Below, one piece after another: positions 30,594-40,892 of a stretch of 64,000 bases of DNA (the stretch's first letter is position 1; each line of letters opens with the position of its first letter). The notes beneath the pieces are model-generated. The model worked only from the letters and a program-made list of their open reading frames with translations, did no database searches and had not been told where the DNA came from. Source of the DNA: Vulcanimicrobiota bacterium (GTDB taxonomy: Bacteria; Vulcanimicrobiota; Vulcanimicrobiia; Vulcanimicrobiales; Vulcanimicrobiaceae). The stretch covers positions 512,001-576,000 of the forward strand of contig CAVZQC010000004.1 of the NCBI GenBank assembly GCA_963777315.1, read 5' to 3'. The position numbers were made by a program, and so were the translations under genes.

Positions 30594-31587
30594 GCCTTGC
30601 GCCGCCCGGAATCGTATCTGCACGCCCGAGCGCGTGGATGGCCACAGCGCTCGCCGCGTTTAGCCAAACGCGCGCTCTGTTCGCGGTAACGCCGGCATAG
30701 CTCTCCCAGCGCCGCGCGGTGTCCGAAAAGAACTTGTCACCCGTCATCGAACCGAGCACGTGCAACTGCGCAATGTGAAAAGCGTGATATTTCAGCGTCG
30801 CAAGCTTGCGAAATCCATTGGGCGCGGCCAGTAGGCTGTAGTACGACCAGTGACCCGAATCGTACAGGGGCAGCCGGCGCGTAAGCGTGGCAAGGCTCTC
30901 TTCGTACAATTCCTGAACCCAGGCCAACTTCGTGCGTTGGAGCAATTCAAACAGCCCCCAGAGCGCGTAGATCCAGCCGTTGAGAATATGGCTCGGCGGT
31001 ACGCTGGCTGCCTCTTCGAAATACAAGTCACCGCCGTCGCGCCACGCGACGCCGCCGGCATCTATGTCGTACCTGAACGACGCAGCGGCTCGCGCGGCAG
31101 CCTCAAAGTACCGTGCGTCTTTGCATACTTCGCCCGCGCGAAGCAGCACCGATATGGCCTCGCCCTGCGTCATGGCCGAGATATAGCCGGCCTTGGCGCC
31201 GTACGTCGTCCAATCCAAGGGGAACGGGTAACAGCCGGGCACACCGCTGCGTTCGACTTGATTCTCCGCCAGCCAACGCGCCTGCGCCGTAAACGCCTTC
31301 AGGGCGGCGGGATCGTTGGTTTCGCTCCAGCGTGAGTGCTGCTCGAGCGCGTACTGCGCTATGCGCGTGGCATGGTAGTACCGCTCAGGCACGGCAAGCA
31401 GGACGCCATTGCGGTCGAACGGCGCGCCGTCCCATTCTTCTCCCAATGCGTCGTGGCTGCCGCTCCAACGGATATAGTACGGACCGATCGCGTCGGCATG
31501 GCCGTCATAGAGCCGATATCGCCGGCGCGGCGACCAGTCGACGGGAAAGGCTCGCGCTGCGCGTTTCATCGATGCGGAAATATTCAT
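30568..31587 (-). CDS. D-glucuronyl C5-epimerase family protein
   Basis: IAQYAL, SAMTQGEAISVLLRA, FEE..HILNGWIYALWGL, YDSGHWSYY, YHAFHIAQL. Confidence 0.85.
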   Translation of the reverse strand: MNISASMKRAARAFPVDWSPRRRYRLYDGHADAIGPYYIRWSGSHDALGEEWDGAPFDRNGVLLAVPERYYHATRIAQYALEQHSRWSETNDPAALKAFTAQARWLAENQVERSGVPGCYPFPLDWTTYGAKAGYISAMTQGEAISVLLRAGEVCKDARYFEAAARAAASFRYDIDAGGVAWRDGGDLYFEEAASVPPSHILNGWIYALWGLFELLQRTKLAWVQELYEESLATLTRRLPLYDSGHWSYYSLLAAPNGFRKLATLKYHAFHIAQLHVLGSMTGDKFFSDTARRWESYAGVTANRARVWLNAASAVAIHALGRADTIPGGARPIALPPIQ

Positions 31588-31720
31588 AGATCGCAACGTC
31601 TGATTGTACGCACCCTATAACGGAGGCGTTAGGGCCCGCAGGCCCGCTCTATGTGAGACCATGGGCCGCACAGGAGCATCGGCCTTCACGCCTCGAACAG
31701 CAGCGAGCGGTGAGCCGGCG

Positions 31721-33007
31721 TTGAAAAAATTACTCTTCGTTTCATATTACGTCCCGCCTCGTACCGACGTCGCGGCCAGGCGAAGCGAGCAAATCCTCAA
31801 ATACCTTCCCCGATACGGTTGGGACATCACAACGATAACCGCAGCGTTCGAAGCGGGCGCCGCCCCCAAGTACGACAAGACCATCGTAACGCCGTACGTA
31901 GAGGTGCGCAGTGCGGTCAAAACCCTGGTCGGTCTGCGTAACAGGTCCGCTTATACCAATATAGCCGAACCCATGCCGATCTATGGCCGGCGTCAGTCAC
32001 TCAAAGAACGCGTGCTTCGGCTAGCGTACGCGATTACGACATATCCGGATCAAGAGGTCGGCTGGACCCCTTACGCCATCGCCGCTATACGACGCACTGT
32101 GAGCACGACTCGATACGATGCCGTGCTGTCCAGCGCGCCCCCGCACGTAACCAGCATAGCCGTTGCTATGGGCAAAGGGCCCGTCCCGTGGGTGGCGGAC
32201 TTGCGCGATCTTTGGACCGGCGTCGATTATTACGGTGACGCCCCGATTCGGGGGACGCTGAACGATGCGCTCGAGCGGCTCTGTCTTCGACGCGCCAGCG
32301 TATTCACCGCGGTCTCCGAACCGATGACCGCATATCTGGCCACCCGTTATCCATCCGCAAAAACCGTCGCTATACCTAACGCGTACGATCCGCAAGAGTG
32401 GACGTCGGTTCCTTTTGGAAGCAACCAGCGTTGTACGTTGCTTTTCGGAGGTCAGCTGTACGGCGGACGAGGCGGATTTCCACTGCTGTTCCAAGCGCTT
32501 CGGTCGTTACTGGACGAGGGCGCGGTTCAGCGCGAGGAATTGTCTCTCGAGTTTTATTGCAGACCGGCGATTTGGCTGGACGAGCAAACGGAGCGCTACG
32601 GCTTGCAGGGCGTCATCAAACAATGCGGATTGATTCCACGCCCCGAATTTATGCCCACCGCGCGCAGAGCGGATAGGCTCGTCTTGGTGTTGTGGGACGG
32701 TGAAGGCGCCGAAGGCATTTTGCGCGGCCGGCTTTTTGAATACTTAGGCGCGCGCAGACCCATCATCGCCGTCGGTGGTCCCGCCTCCAGCGCGATAGAC
32801 GGCGTCCTTGCCGAATCCTCGTCCGGACAGCGCTATTTGGAGATTGATGCTCTAAAGCGCGAAATCGTCGCCGCCGTACAAGAGCACCGAGCCGGCCGAA
32901 TCCGAACCATAGACGAGCATGCCGCCCAAAAGTTCGACGCCGACCATCTGGCCGCCGGATTCAATTACGCGCTGAACGAAGCCGTCACGCCCCCGATTCG
33001 TAAATAG
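31721..33007 (+). CDS. GT4-like glycosyltransferase
   Basis: LLFVSYYVPP, YPD..VGW, SSAPP, WVADLRDLW, GRLFEYLGARRPI. Confidence 0.82.
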   Translation: MKKLLFVSYYVPPRTDVAARRSEQILKYLPRYGWDITTITAAFEAGAAPKYDKTIVTPYVEVRSAVKTLVGLRNRSAYTNIAEPMPIYGRRQSLKERVLRLAYAITTYPDQEVGWTPYAIAAIRRTVSTTRYDAVLSSAPPHVTSIAVAMGKGPVPWVADLRDLWTGVDYYGDAPIRGTLNDALERLCLRRASVFTAVSEPMTAYLATRYPSAKTVAIPNAYDPQEWTSVPFGSNQRCTLLFGGQLYGGRGGFPLLFQALRSLLDEGAVQREELSLEFYCRPAIWLDEQTERYGLQGVIKQCGLIPRPEFMPTARRADRLVLVLWDGEGAEGILRGRLFEYLGARRPIIAVGGPASSAIDGVLAESSSGQRYLEIDALKREIVAAVQEHRAGRIRTIDEHAAQKFDADHLAAGFNYALNEAVTPPIRK

Positions 33008-33010
33008 CGT

Positions 33011-34144
33011 TCATCGCATACCGGCCGATCGATGAGCCAGCGCGCCGTACATGCGCAGATGCCCCTGAGCGGTCGTCGTAATATCGTACCGTTCGCGCGC
33101 GACTTCTTGCGCTTTGAGCGCTGTGCTATGGAGTCCGTCCTTATGCTCCAGCGCATCGAGAAGGGCCTTTGCGGCGGTCTTCACCTGCCAGTCGCTCAAG
33201 ATCGTGCCGAGTGCGCCTGTCTGTAAAAACTCCGCAGCGCCAATCCAGGGCGTGGTTATTACGGGAATACCTGCTCCCATTGCCTCGACTAAGGCAAGCG
33301 GCATGCCCTCGAACAGCGACGGCATGAACACGACGTCGGCGCCCGCGAGCAGCTGTTTGGCGTCCGCTCTAAAGCCCGTGAAGTGGACCTTGTCGGAAAC
33401 GTGCAACTGGTGTGCGAGAGCGCGCAGTTTCTGCTCGTCCTCGCCGGATCCCACGATTACCAGCTTGAGGTCGCGATCGCTGAGCTGCGGATCGGCAGCT
33501 GCACGTATTGCGAGCTGGTGATTCTTCTGCTCGCAAAGCCGGCCGATGATGAAAACCGCAAAGGTGCCATCGCCGAGCTCCAATTCGGAACGGGCCCAAG
33601 CTCGATCTGCGGGCGTGGGAGCGCGACCGTGATGAATGCCGTTCAATATGATTTCGATGCGTTGAGGCGGCACTCGCTCGCGAGCCGCTAAAACGTTGCG
33701 TTGCGCTTCGAGAAACGCGATGTAACGAGCGGTCCCCACGCTCAAAAGCCTATCGACGAGCTTTTCTGCCGGATTCCTATCTTCGCGGCACGGCAAATGG
33801 TCGGTGTGTACGACCACGGGAACGCGAGCCAGAAAAGCCGCCAGCCGGCCCCAATACTTTCCGTTGTGCATGTGCGTGTGGACGATATCCGGCCGCCAAT
33901 CTCGAATTGCGCGAACCATTCGCCATAAGACGCCAAGGTCGTAGCGGCCGCGTCTATGCGCATCGATGAGCGTCAATCGACTGCGTTCGTCTGCAGTGAA
34001 GGGCACCGGACCCGGATACAGCGTCATCACGGCGACTTGCGCACCTTCGCGTTCGAGTAAAGGGGCAAGCGAGCAGACGAGGTTCTGCGCGCCTCCGCCG
34101 GTCAACGCTCCTAGGATGTGCATCACGCGCACTGGTGCAGCCAT
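33011..34144 (-). CDS. GT4 glycosyltransferase
   Basis: GGAQ, PDIVHTH, IGRLCEQKN, PSLFEGMPLALVEAM. Confidence 0.9.
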   Translation of the reverse strand: MAAPVRVMHILGALTGGGAQNLVCSLAPLLEREGAQVAVMTLYPGPVPFTADERSRLTLIDAHRRGRYDLGVLWRMVRAIRDWRPDIVHTHMHNGKYWGRLAAFLARVPVVVHTDHLPCREDRNPAEKLVDRLLSVGTARYIAFLEAQRNVLAARERVPPQRIEIILNGIHHGRAPTPADRAWARSELELGDGTFAVFIIGRLCEQKNHQLAIRAAADPQLSDRDLKLVIVGSGEDEQKLRALAHQLHVSDKVHFTGFRADAKQLLAGADVVFMPSLFEGMPLALVEAMGAGIPVITTPWIGAAEFLQTGALGTILSDWQVKTAAKALLDALEHKDGLHSTALKAQEVARERYDITTTAQGHLRMYGALAHRSAGMR

Positions 34145-34386
34145 TGCCTTAGCATGCCCCCTTCGAAAGGTACGGATCAACCCTAAAAGCGCCTGGTCGT
34201 GCTAAGTCTTGTGCCCTATCCATCCGGCCGAAGACCGCCTGTGTGGGCGGCTTGCGTCGTCCAATGGCTCTCCGGCGGGGTGCCATGTCCTCACAAGCGG
34301 CGTTGGGCCGATTCCATTTTCGACGGGAACCATCACAGATTTATCGCGCGTGAATTGGCCCGTCGTTTCGAAGGTGTGCGAAACGC

Positions 34387-35472
34387 CTATAACTGTCGGT
34401 CGTACAGTTTGAGGATTTCTTCGGTCCATTTGTTCAGGCTGAACTGCTCGACTATCCGTGCGCGTCCTGCCTCGGCCGGCGCTGTGGACATCGCGTTCTC
34501 CAAAGCATTGGCCAGACTTCTGCTATCGCGCACAGGAAAGCGAACCACGCTGGGCACTTCACCTGAAATTTCGCGAACCACCGGCAAATCTGAGGCTGCT
34601 ATCGGCAACCCGCATGCCATAGCCTCGAGGATAACAAACGGCATGCCTTCTCGGTCGCTTGCGAAAGCCAAAACATCTGCAGCCCAGTAGAGTTGCCGCA
34701 CGTCTTTGGTGTATTCAATCGAAAGGACTCGCGGGGACGATCCAAAGCGCTCGCGATCCTCGCGCGAGCCGCCGACTACGAGTAGACGGAAGTTGGCATT
34801 CAGAGCCAATGCCTCACGAACGGTCGAACCGCCCTTGAGCGGAATGCGCTCAAAGAAAAGCACGACACGGTCGTCCGCATCAATGCCCAGTTTCGAGCGC
34901 GCTCGAGCGCGCTCATCTGGCGCAGGTCGGCGGAAATATTCGGTGTCAACCCCGTTCTGTATTATTCGTACGCGATTGGGCTGTCCGTACCAGTACTTAC
35001 GCAATTCCTGCGCCATCTCGTGCGATACGGCCAGAAGCGCCTCGACTCGGTTGCCGAGCAGCCGGTACTTCATCAATGCACGTGCTCGTACAGGGATGTT
35101 TCGTTCGCTGTAGCTGTGTACGTGCCAGAATAGCCTGGTCTCTGAGGAAGCCTCCAATGAGGCCACGTCGTAACGGGTAAAATGCGAGTGCACGACATCC
35201 GGGCGAGTTGCGTGTAAGCCTGCAATAAGGTCGCGTTTGCTCTTCAACAAGTGAAGCTCGCAGCCGGCTCCCCGCAATTGATCGTACCATGTTGCGCCGG
35301 GTATGTCGGTAGTAAACACGATAAATCGATCTCCGCGCGCACGGACTGCACGAGCCAGGGCGGCTATCGCCGGAATAAAACTGCCCGGAGAAGCTCCGCC
35401 ATAGTCCATGACATGGCATATAATGCTCGCTGTTTTCACCGCGGTGCTTTTCGGTCGATTTCCCTGCGCCAT
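34387..35472 (-). CDS. GT4 glycosyltransferase
   Basis: PDVVHSH, NGVDTEYF, SDREGMPFVILEAMACG. Confidence 0.88.
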   Translation of the reverse strand: MAQGNRPKSTAVKTASIICHVMDYGGASPGSFIPAIAALARAVRARGDRFIVFTTDIPGATWYDQLRGAGCELHLLKSKRDLIAGLHATRPDVVHSHFTRYDVASLEASSETRLFWHVHSYSERNIPVRARALMKYRLLGNRVEALLAVSHEMAQELRKYWYGQPNRVRIIQNGVDTEYFRRPAPDERARARSKLGIDADDRVVLFFERIPLKGGSTVREALALNANFRLLVVGGSREDRERFGSSPRVLSIEYTKDVRQLYWAADVLAFASDREGMPFVILEAMACGLPIAASDLPVVREISGEVPSVVRFPVRDSRSLANALENAMSTAPAEAGRARIVEQFSLNKWTEEILKLYDRQL

Positions 35473-35542
35473 GTGCCGTTGTCGTTCCGTACGTTCGAGC
35501 GGAAACATTCAGCGCTCTAAACCCCTGCGGCGATAAGGGCGC

Positions 35543-35571
35543 AAAAAGGGCGGCCGTAACGCCGCCCTTTT
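35543..35571 (-). terminator. intrinsic terminator (bidirectional-type)
   Basis: AAAAA-GGGCGGC-cgtaac-GCCGCCC-TTTT downstream of 35591..38071. Confidence 0.8.
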
Positions 35572-35590
35572 CGTCTCGCCGGTTGGGCAC

Positions 35591-38071
35591 TCAGAGCAAG
35601 GGCGTTTGTACCTTGTTCCCGGATGGCCCTATGAGCGTGTAGAAGCGCTGCGTTGCAGCGGTGCTGTTTTGCACCGTGAACCGCACTCCAAGCAGGTCCG
35701 TGCTGTTGGAAGCCTGATACGAACCAGGCAGGGTGAAGGTGTAGGTACCCTTATTCAGCACTTGCGATTCGGGCTGCGATGCTACGATGCTCTCCACCGT
35801 TCTTCCGCCGGAATCGACCCGGAGAATTTCGACTTTCGTGAGCATCACGCTCGGGTTGCCGCTAAAGACCGTGTAGTTTACGGTGTAGTTGCCGGAAGCC
35901 CACGCGTTCTGCGTGATGTCTCCGGGTGACGTGAGCCATCCGTACGTTTGCGTAGCGTTTGCGCCAACGTCGATGTGCACGCCGCCCGTCAGACCCCGGC
36001 TGTTTCTGGACATCAACTCGCCGGACGGTACGCCGGGCACGACGTCGAACACGCCCTGCCTGTACTGCACCCCAATCGCGTCGGCGATGAAGGTGGCATT
36101 CCCGGCTTGGGCGACCGGTTGAGACGTGGGCGCCGGTGTGCTCGGGATGCTCGGTGCGTGAGTTGGTGCGGCCGTCGGCGCAGCACTGGGAGCCGGCGAA
36201 GGAGTCGCGGGCGCCCCTTGCAATATCACCGCCTGATCCGGCTGGAGCTGCACCGAGGTGACGGGCGTATATGATAAGCGGCCGCCGTGCTGCGAAGCTC
36301 CGCCCGTAATGACCGCTTCCTGATACGTGCCGTTCAAGTGGATGACCGGAGCGGTGGTCGTCGTGGGGTTCACCAGAACGCGTCCGTTCGTGAAGGTGCG
36401 CTCGTAGGCGCCGTCGGCAGCCACCCACGCGTCCGCGATGTGCGCAAACGTCTGCACCGGCTTACCGATCGCGATGGTGTACTCGGGATAGTACATTCCG
36501 AACCCGGCATCGGTTTCCATATCGAAGACCAACTGGCCGTTTTCCGCCAGGAAGTATGTCGCCAGGCTGTAGATGCGCGGGGCGGTACGAGATTCGGTGG
36601 AATCGACGAGCATGCGCCCACTGAATCCCGGATGCGCCATCAAGGAAAGCAGGTTGTCCATGCTGGTCTTGAAGTACCACAGCGGCGCGTAGCCCCAACT
36701 GTTGCCGTCGTAAGCGATTTCCTCGATTTCGCCGCGTTGCACGTACGGCAGATACGCAACCGCGAGCGGATCGGAGAAGGCATTGGCGCAGATGGAGTAC
36801 GTCGGGGGAATGTGCGAGTGCAAATACGCCAAATGCGAGATCATATTGTTCTCGTAGCCGCTTTGGGTATAGCCGGCGGGGAACGCTTCGGGGCGCGCCC
36901 CGTCGAGCTTGGTGCCTACGTCGTCCAACAGGACGCCTCTGTAGCCCTGGGCCAGTGCACTCAATATGTAGTTGGTTAGCAGCGAATGCCAGGTCGGTGA
37001 GCCGGCATCCATGACGAAATTATTGGGATACACTCCAAAGTGCAGGCGATTGTTGGGCGAGGTAACGTAGTACGATTGATTCGCCTGCGAAGGCAGCACT
37101 GCGTTGCCCGACGCGTCGCCGATGCGAAACGCGATCCCGCCGTTGTAGCTCGAAGGAATCGTGACGGTCGCGCTGCCTTGATAGTAGCCGCCGCCCACGC
37201 TGCTCATCGAAACGCTCGATGGGGCCGTCGTGGTATGCGGCTCGACCAACGTCTGCAGCCGCAGCGAAGCGGGCAGCGACGCCCCCGACGCGTGCGCGCG
37301 AACCGTGAGCGTTACGCTGGCGCCGGGCGCGATCGAGCGGTTCGTGCTGTACGTTGGGGAATCGAGAACAAAGCCGGACGGTATTCCCGCTTTTACGGGC
37401 TGCGCGTTCGAATACAGACTGTCCGAACCGTTGATCAGGGAATGTACGGCGAAATAGTACGTCGATCCGTCACTCAGACCGGTCGCGTTGTACGACGTGG
37501 CCGTACTGGGTAACGTTGCCACCGCGGATAACGCGTCCGCCGAACTGCCTTTGTAGACGACATAGCCGGTAATGGGGAAGCCGAGTTTCGAACGCGCGTC
37601 GGTATCCCAGTGTAAAGTCACCGCGCCGGTTTGCGGCACAAACGTGAGCGAAGCGGGGTCCGCACCGTGCAGAAATGCGTCCTCGTGCAGATTGACGGCG
37701 TTCCAGCTCGGCTGGGTGCCGCCGTTGCCCATTACTTCGCGGACTGCGGAAATATAAAAGTCGGTATACGTTCCCGTCGGTTTGAATGAGCCGAGGTACC
37801 TGTCCGACTCCGTCGTCATCCAGTTGAACTTGGTCGCGTAAGAATCCAGCGTACCAAAGTCCGCCGCGACCGAGGCCGACGGCGTAGTCAGGTCCGCAGC
37901 CGGGCCGGAAGCCGACGTGGACAGAGTACCGGTTGCGTTTTGCGATGCGGCAAGGGGAACCGAACCCGAAGGCAAGAGGCCGCCGCCGGCTCCGCCGCCG
38001 GTGCCCGCGCATGCAGACATCATGGCTGCCAGAGAGGCCCCCGCCAATAAGCGAATATATAGGTGCTTCAT
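35591..38071 (-). CDS. lipoprotein, putative glycoside hydrolase (GHL15-like) with FN3 and extra C-terminal beta domain
   Basis: MSAC lipobox, FN3 insert, GVLLDD, GEIEE, AYERTFTNGRVLVNP, Pro-rich linker and ~170-aa tail. Confidence 0.65.
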   Translation of the reverse strand: MKHLYIRLLAGASLAAMMSACAGTGGGAGGGLLPSGSVPLAASQNATGTLSTSASGPAADLTTPSASVAADFGTLDSYATKFNWMTTESDRYLGSFKPTGTYTDFYISAVREVMGNGGTQPSWNAVNLHEDAFLHGADPASLTFVPQTGAVTLHWDTDARSKLGFPITGYVVYKGSSADALSAVATLPSTATSYNATGLSDGSTYYFAVHSLINGSDSLYSNAQPVKAGIPSGFVLDSPTYSTNRSIAPGASVTLTVRAHASGASLPASLRLQTLVEPHTTTAPSSVSMSSVGGGYYQGSATVTIPSSYNGGIAFRIGDASGNAVLPSQANQSYYVTSPNNRLHFGVYPNNFVMDAGSPTWHSLLTNYILSALAQGYRGVLLDDVGTKLDGARPEAFPAGYTQSGYENNMISHLAYLHSHIPPTYSICANAFSDPLAVAYLPYVQRGEIEEIAYDGNSWGYAPLWYFKTSMDNLLSLMAHPGFSGRMLVDSTESRTAPRIYSLATYFLAENGQLVFDMETDAGFGMYYPEYTIAIGKPVQTFAHIADAWVAADGAYERTFTNGRVLVNPTTTTAPVIHLNGTYQEAVITGGASQHGGRLSYTPVTSVQLQPDQAVILQGAPATPSPAPSAAPTAAPTHAPSIPSTPAPTSQPVAQAGNATFIADAIGVQYRQGVFDVVPGVPSGELMSRNSRGLTGGVHIDVGANATQTYGWLTSPGDITQNAWASGNYTVNYTVFSGNPSVMLTKVEILRVDSGGRTVESIVASQPESQVLNKGTYTFTLPGSYQASNSTDLLGVRFTVQNSTAATQRFYTLIGPSGNKVQTPLL

Positions 38072-38192
38072 GAGTCTCCTAAAAAGAGCAAAAGTGCCAC
38101 GGAACCGGCTCTCCCCTGGTCGCCGTCGCTCATGGTGCTTTTGTCATCGGCATCTTCCAAAAAAAATTCTTATGAGTCAGTAAAGCGGGCGT

Positions 38193-38228
38193 AAAAAAAG
38201 ACCGCTGCTTAACACAGCGGTCTTTTTT
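38193..38228 (-). terminator. intrinsic terminator (bidirectional-type)
   Basis: A7-GACCGCTG-cttaaca-CAGCGGTC-T6. Confidence 0.85.
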
Positions 38229-38251
38229 GCGGGCCTTTCGGACTATGAGAG

Positions 38252-40637
38252 TTACGGAGACGTTATTTGGCTGGCCCCACGCGGTCCTACGTCGAGATAG
38301 ACCTTCTGCGTTCGAGCGGACGAGTTGCGCACCGTGAACCGAACGGCCAGTTTATCGGACGCAGACGCGCGCTGCGCTGTGCCCGGTACGCTAAACGTAT
38401 AGGTGCTCACGCTGCCGAGGTTTTGGTTTTCCGCTTGCGATCCGATGACGTAAATGTCACCTTCGCTGCTGAGCCGGAGCACCTCGACTTTCGTGACGCT
38501 CAGATATGGATTGCGCGTAAAGAGTGAATATTTCACTCGGTACGTGCCTGCATGCCACGGTTGCGCTTCGTTGCTGATCCAGCCGTGCGTTTGCGTCGAT
38601 TCGCCTCGGAACGTCACCCCAACGCCGCCCGAATTGCCGCCGGGGGACGAGCTTATCGAAAGCACGCCGCCGGGACCTGTATCGGAAAACAGACCTCGTG
38701 GCGATTCCACGTTGAGCACCTGCGGAACCAGCGCGGCGACGGATCCCCCTGTCGGCGTCGTGGACGTTGAGGAAGTGGCGCCCGCAAGAATCGCCGCCTG
38801 ATCGGGTCCGAGCTGTACCGACGTCACGGGAGTAAACGACAGTCTGCCCCCGTGCTGGGATGCGCCGCCCGTGATGACCGCACGTTGATAAGTGCGTCCG
38901 AGATGAATGACGCGAGTTGTTGTCGTGGTGGGGTTCACGATCACTCGGCCGCCCGTAAAGGAGCGTTCGTATGCGCCGTCCGCGGCGACCCATGCGCTCG
39001 CGATGTGCGAGAAGCTCTGCGTCGGGCTACCGATGGCAAGTGCGTATTCCGGATAATACATGCCGAATCCGGCGTCGGTTTCCATGTCGAACGCCAATCG
39101 GCCGTTGGACACCAGCAAATACGTCGCAAGGCTGTACAATCTGGGGCCCGTGTCGGATTCGTTGGCATTTATCAGGATGCGGCCGAAGAAGCTCGGGATG
39201 GGACAAGAGCGAAAGCACGTTGTCCAGGCTTTGGGTCCAATACCAGTCCGGCGCATACTTCCAGCTGTTTGAGTCATAAGCTATTTCCTCAATTACGCCG
39301 CGTTGAACGTACGGAAGAAATACCGATGCGGCCGGGTCTGAAAACGCGTTTATACAGATCGAATACGCCGATGGAATGTTCGAGCGAAGATAGCGCAGCT
39401 CCGAGACCCTCTTATCGCGGTAGCTGCTGTCGCTGTATCCGGGCGGGTATGCCTCCGGGCGCGCGCCGACGAGGCTCGTTCCATAATCGTCGAACAAAAC
39501 GCCTTGATAACCGCCCGCCAGTCTGCCGCTGACATAAGCGGTCAGCAGCGACTGCCACGCCGCAGCGCCGGCGTCCATGACGTAGTTGTTTGGAAATTTG
39601 GCGAAATGCAGCCGATTATTCGGCGATGTGATGTAATACGATTGGTTCGCCGGCGACGGCAGCACGGCCGACCCGGCAGCGTTCGCAATGCGAAACGCGA
39701 TGCCGCCGTAGAAATCCGACGGGATGTATATCCGCGCACTGCCCTGGTAGTATCCGCCGCCCACACTGCTCATCGTGGCGGTTGAGGGCGATTGCGTTTC
39801 GGACGGCCTAATCAACGTTTGCAGCCGCAGCGAACTCGGAAGCGAGGCGCCGGAGGCGTGGACGCGCACCGTCAACGCAAGACTCGCCCCGGGCGCGACG
39901 CGGCTGCTCGTGCTGTATGAAGGCGAATCCAAAGCGTATCCGCTCGGGGTGCCGGCAGTCGCCGATTCAACCCAGGAAAATACGCTGCTCTGACCGTTGA
40001 GCAGCGAGCGTACGGCAAAATAATACGTCGAGCGATTGGAAAGCCCGCTAGCCGTGTACGACGTCGTGGAACTTCCCAGCGTTTTGATTGCCGAAAGAGA
40101 CGACGGCGATCTGCCTTCGTATACCACATATCCGCCGCCCCTCGGCCCCATACTTGTGCGGGCATCGGACGCCCAATGCAGCGTTACGGCACCGGACTGC
40201 GGCTGCAGGGTGAGCGAGGCCGGATCGGCACCATGCAGAAACGCGTCTTCGTGCAGGTTCACGGTGTTCCAATCGGGCTGCGAGCCCCCGCTCGAGGCCA
40301 CTTCACGGATGGATGAAAGATAGAAATCGGAGTAGACGTCGGCTCGACGCAGCTCGGTAAGGATGCTGCCGCCGTACTGATACGTCATCCAACGGAATTT
40401 GGTCGAATACTGATCCAGCGAAGTTCCGCCGTAGGCGGCCGCGATGACGCTGGGGCCCGCCGATGTCGAACTTAAAGTCGACTGCGCCGCGATAGGCGCG
40501 GGCTGAACGGCTAGATCGCCGTTGTTCGTGGGTGCCTGTGAGGTGACTGCAGGAAGCGCTCCGCTTTCTCTGCTGCAGCCCGCGGCGAGCAAGCTGATGC
40601 AAGCGCCGAATATGATGAAATAAATCTTTTTAGACAC
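38252..40637 (-). CDS. lipoprotein, putative glycoside hydrolase (GHL15-like) with FN3 (apparent +1 frameshift at ~39196)
   Basis: LAAGC lipobox, GVLFDD, GVIEE; ORFs 39027..40682 and 38252..39277 join at HPS|FFGRIL to match the paralogs. Confidence 0.65.
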
Positions 40638-40892
40638 GTGGTCCTCCCCAAACCATACGGCGACGGCCCGCGATATACACATCGCGCGACGTCTCCGAAC
40701 TTACGTGGTGATGAGACTGAAAGCCCGGATCGTAATCGGCGATTCCAGGCCGTCTCAACGGTGTTCAATTGTCGGAGCGACAGGATGCCGCTCTTTGCGC
40801 AGGGCCTCCGAGCCGGAGGCATACCTCCTCCCTTATCTCGTCTTTAAGTAGACGCCGCGCTTCCGCGACCCTGCCGCTCAAGGGAGCGTTCG

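Noticed and set aside
21605..40637. Repeated DNA as a mobile element or CRISPR
   Set aside because: Similarity is confined to paralogous coding sequence; no spacers, terminal repeats or transposase
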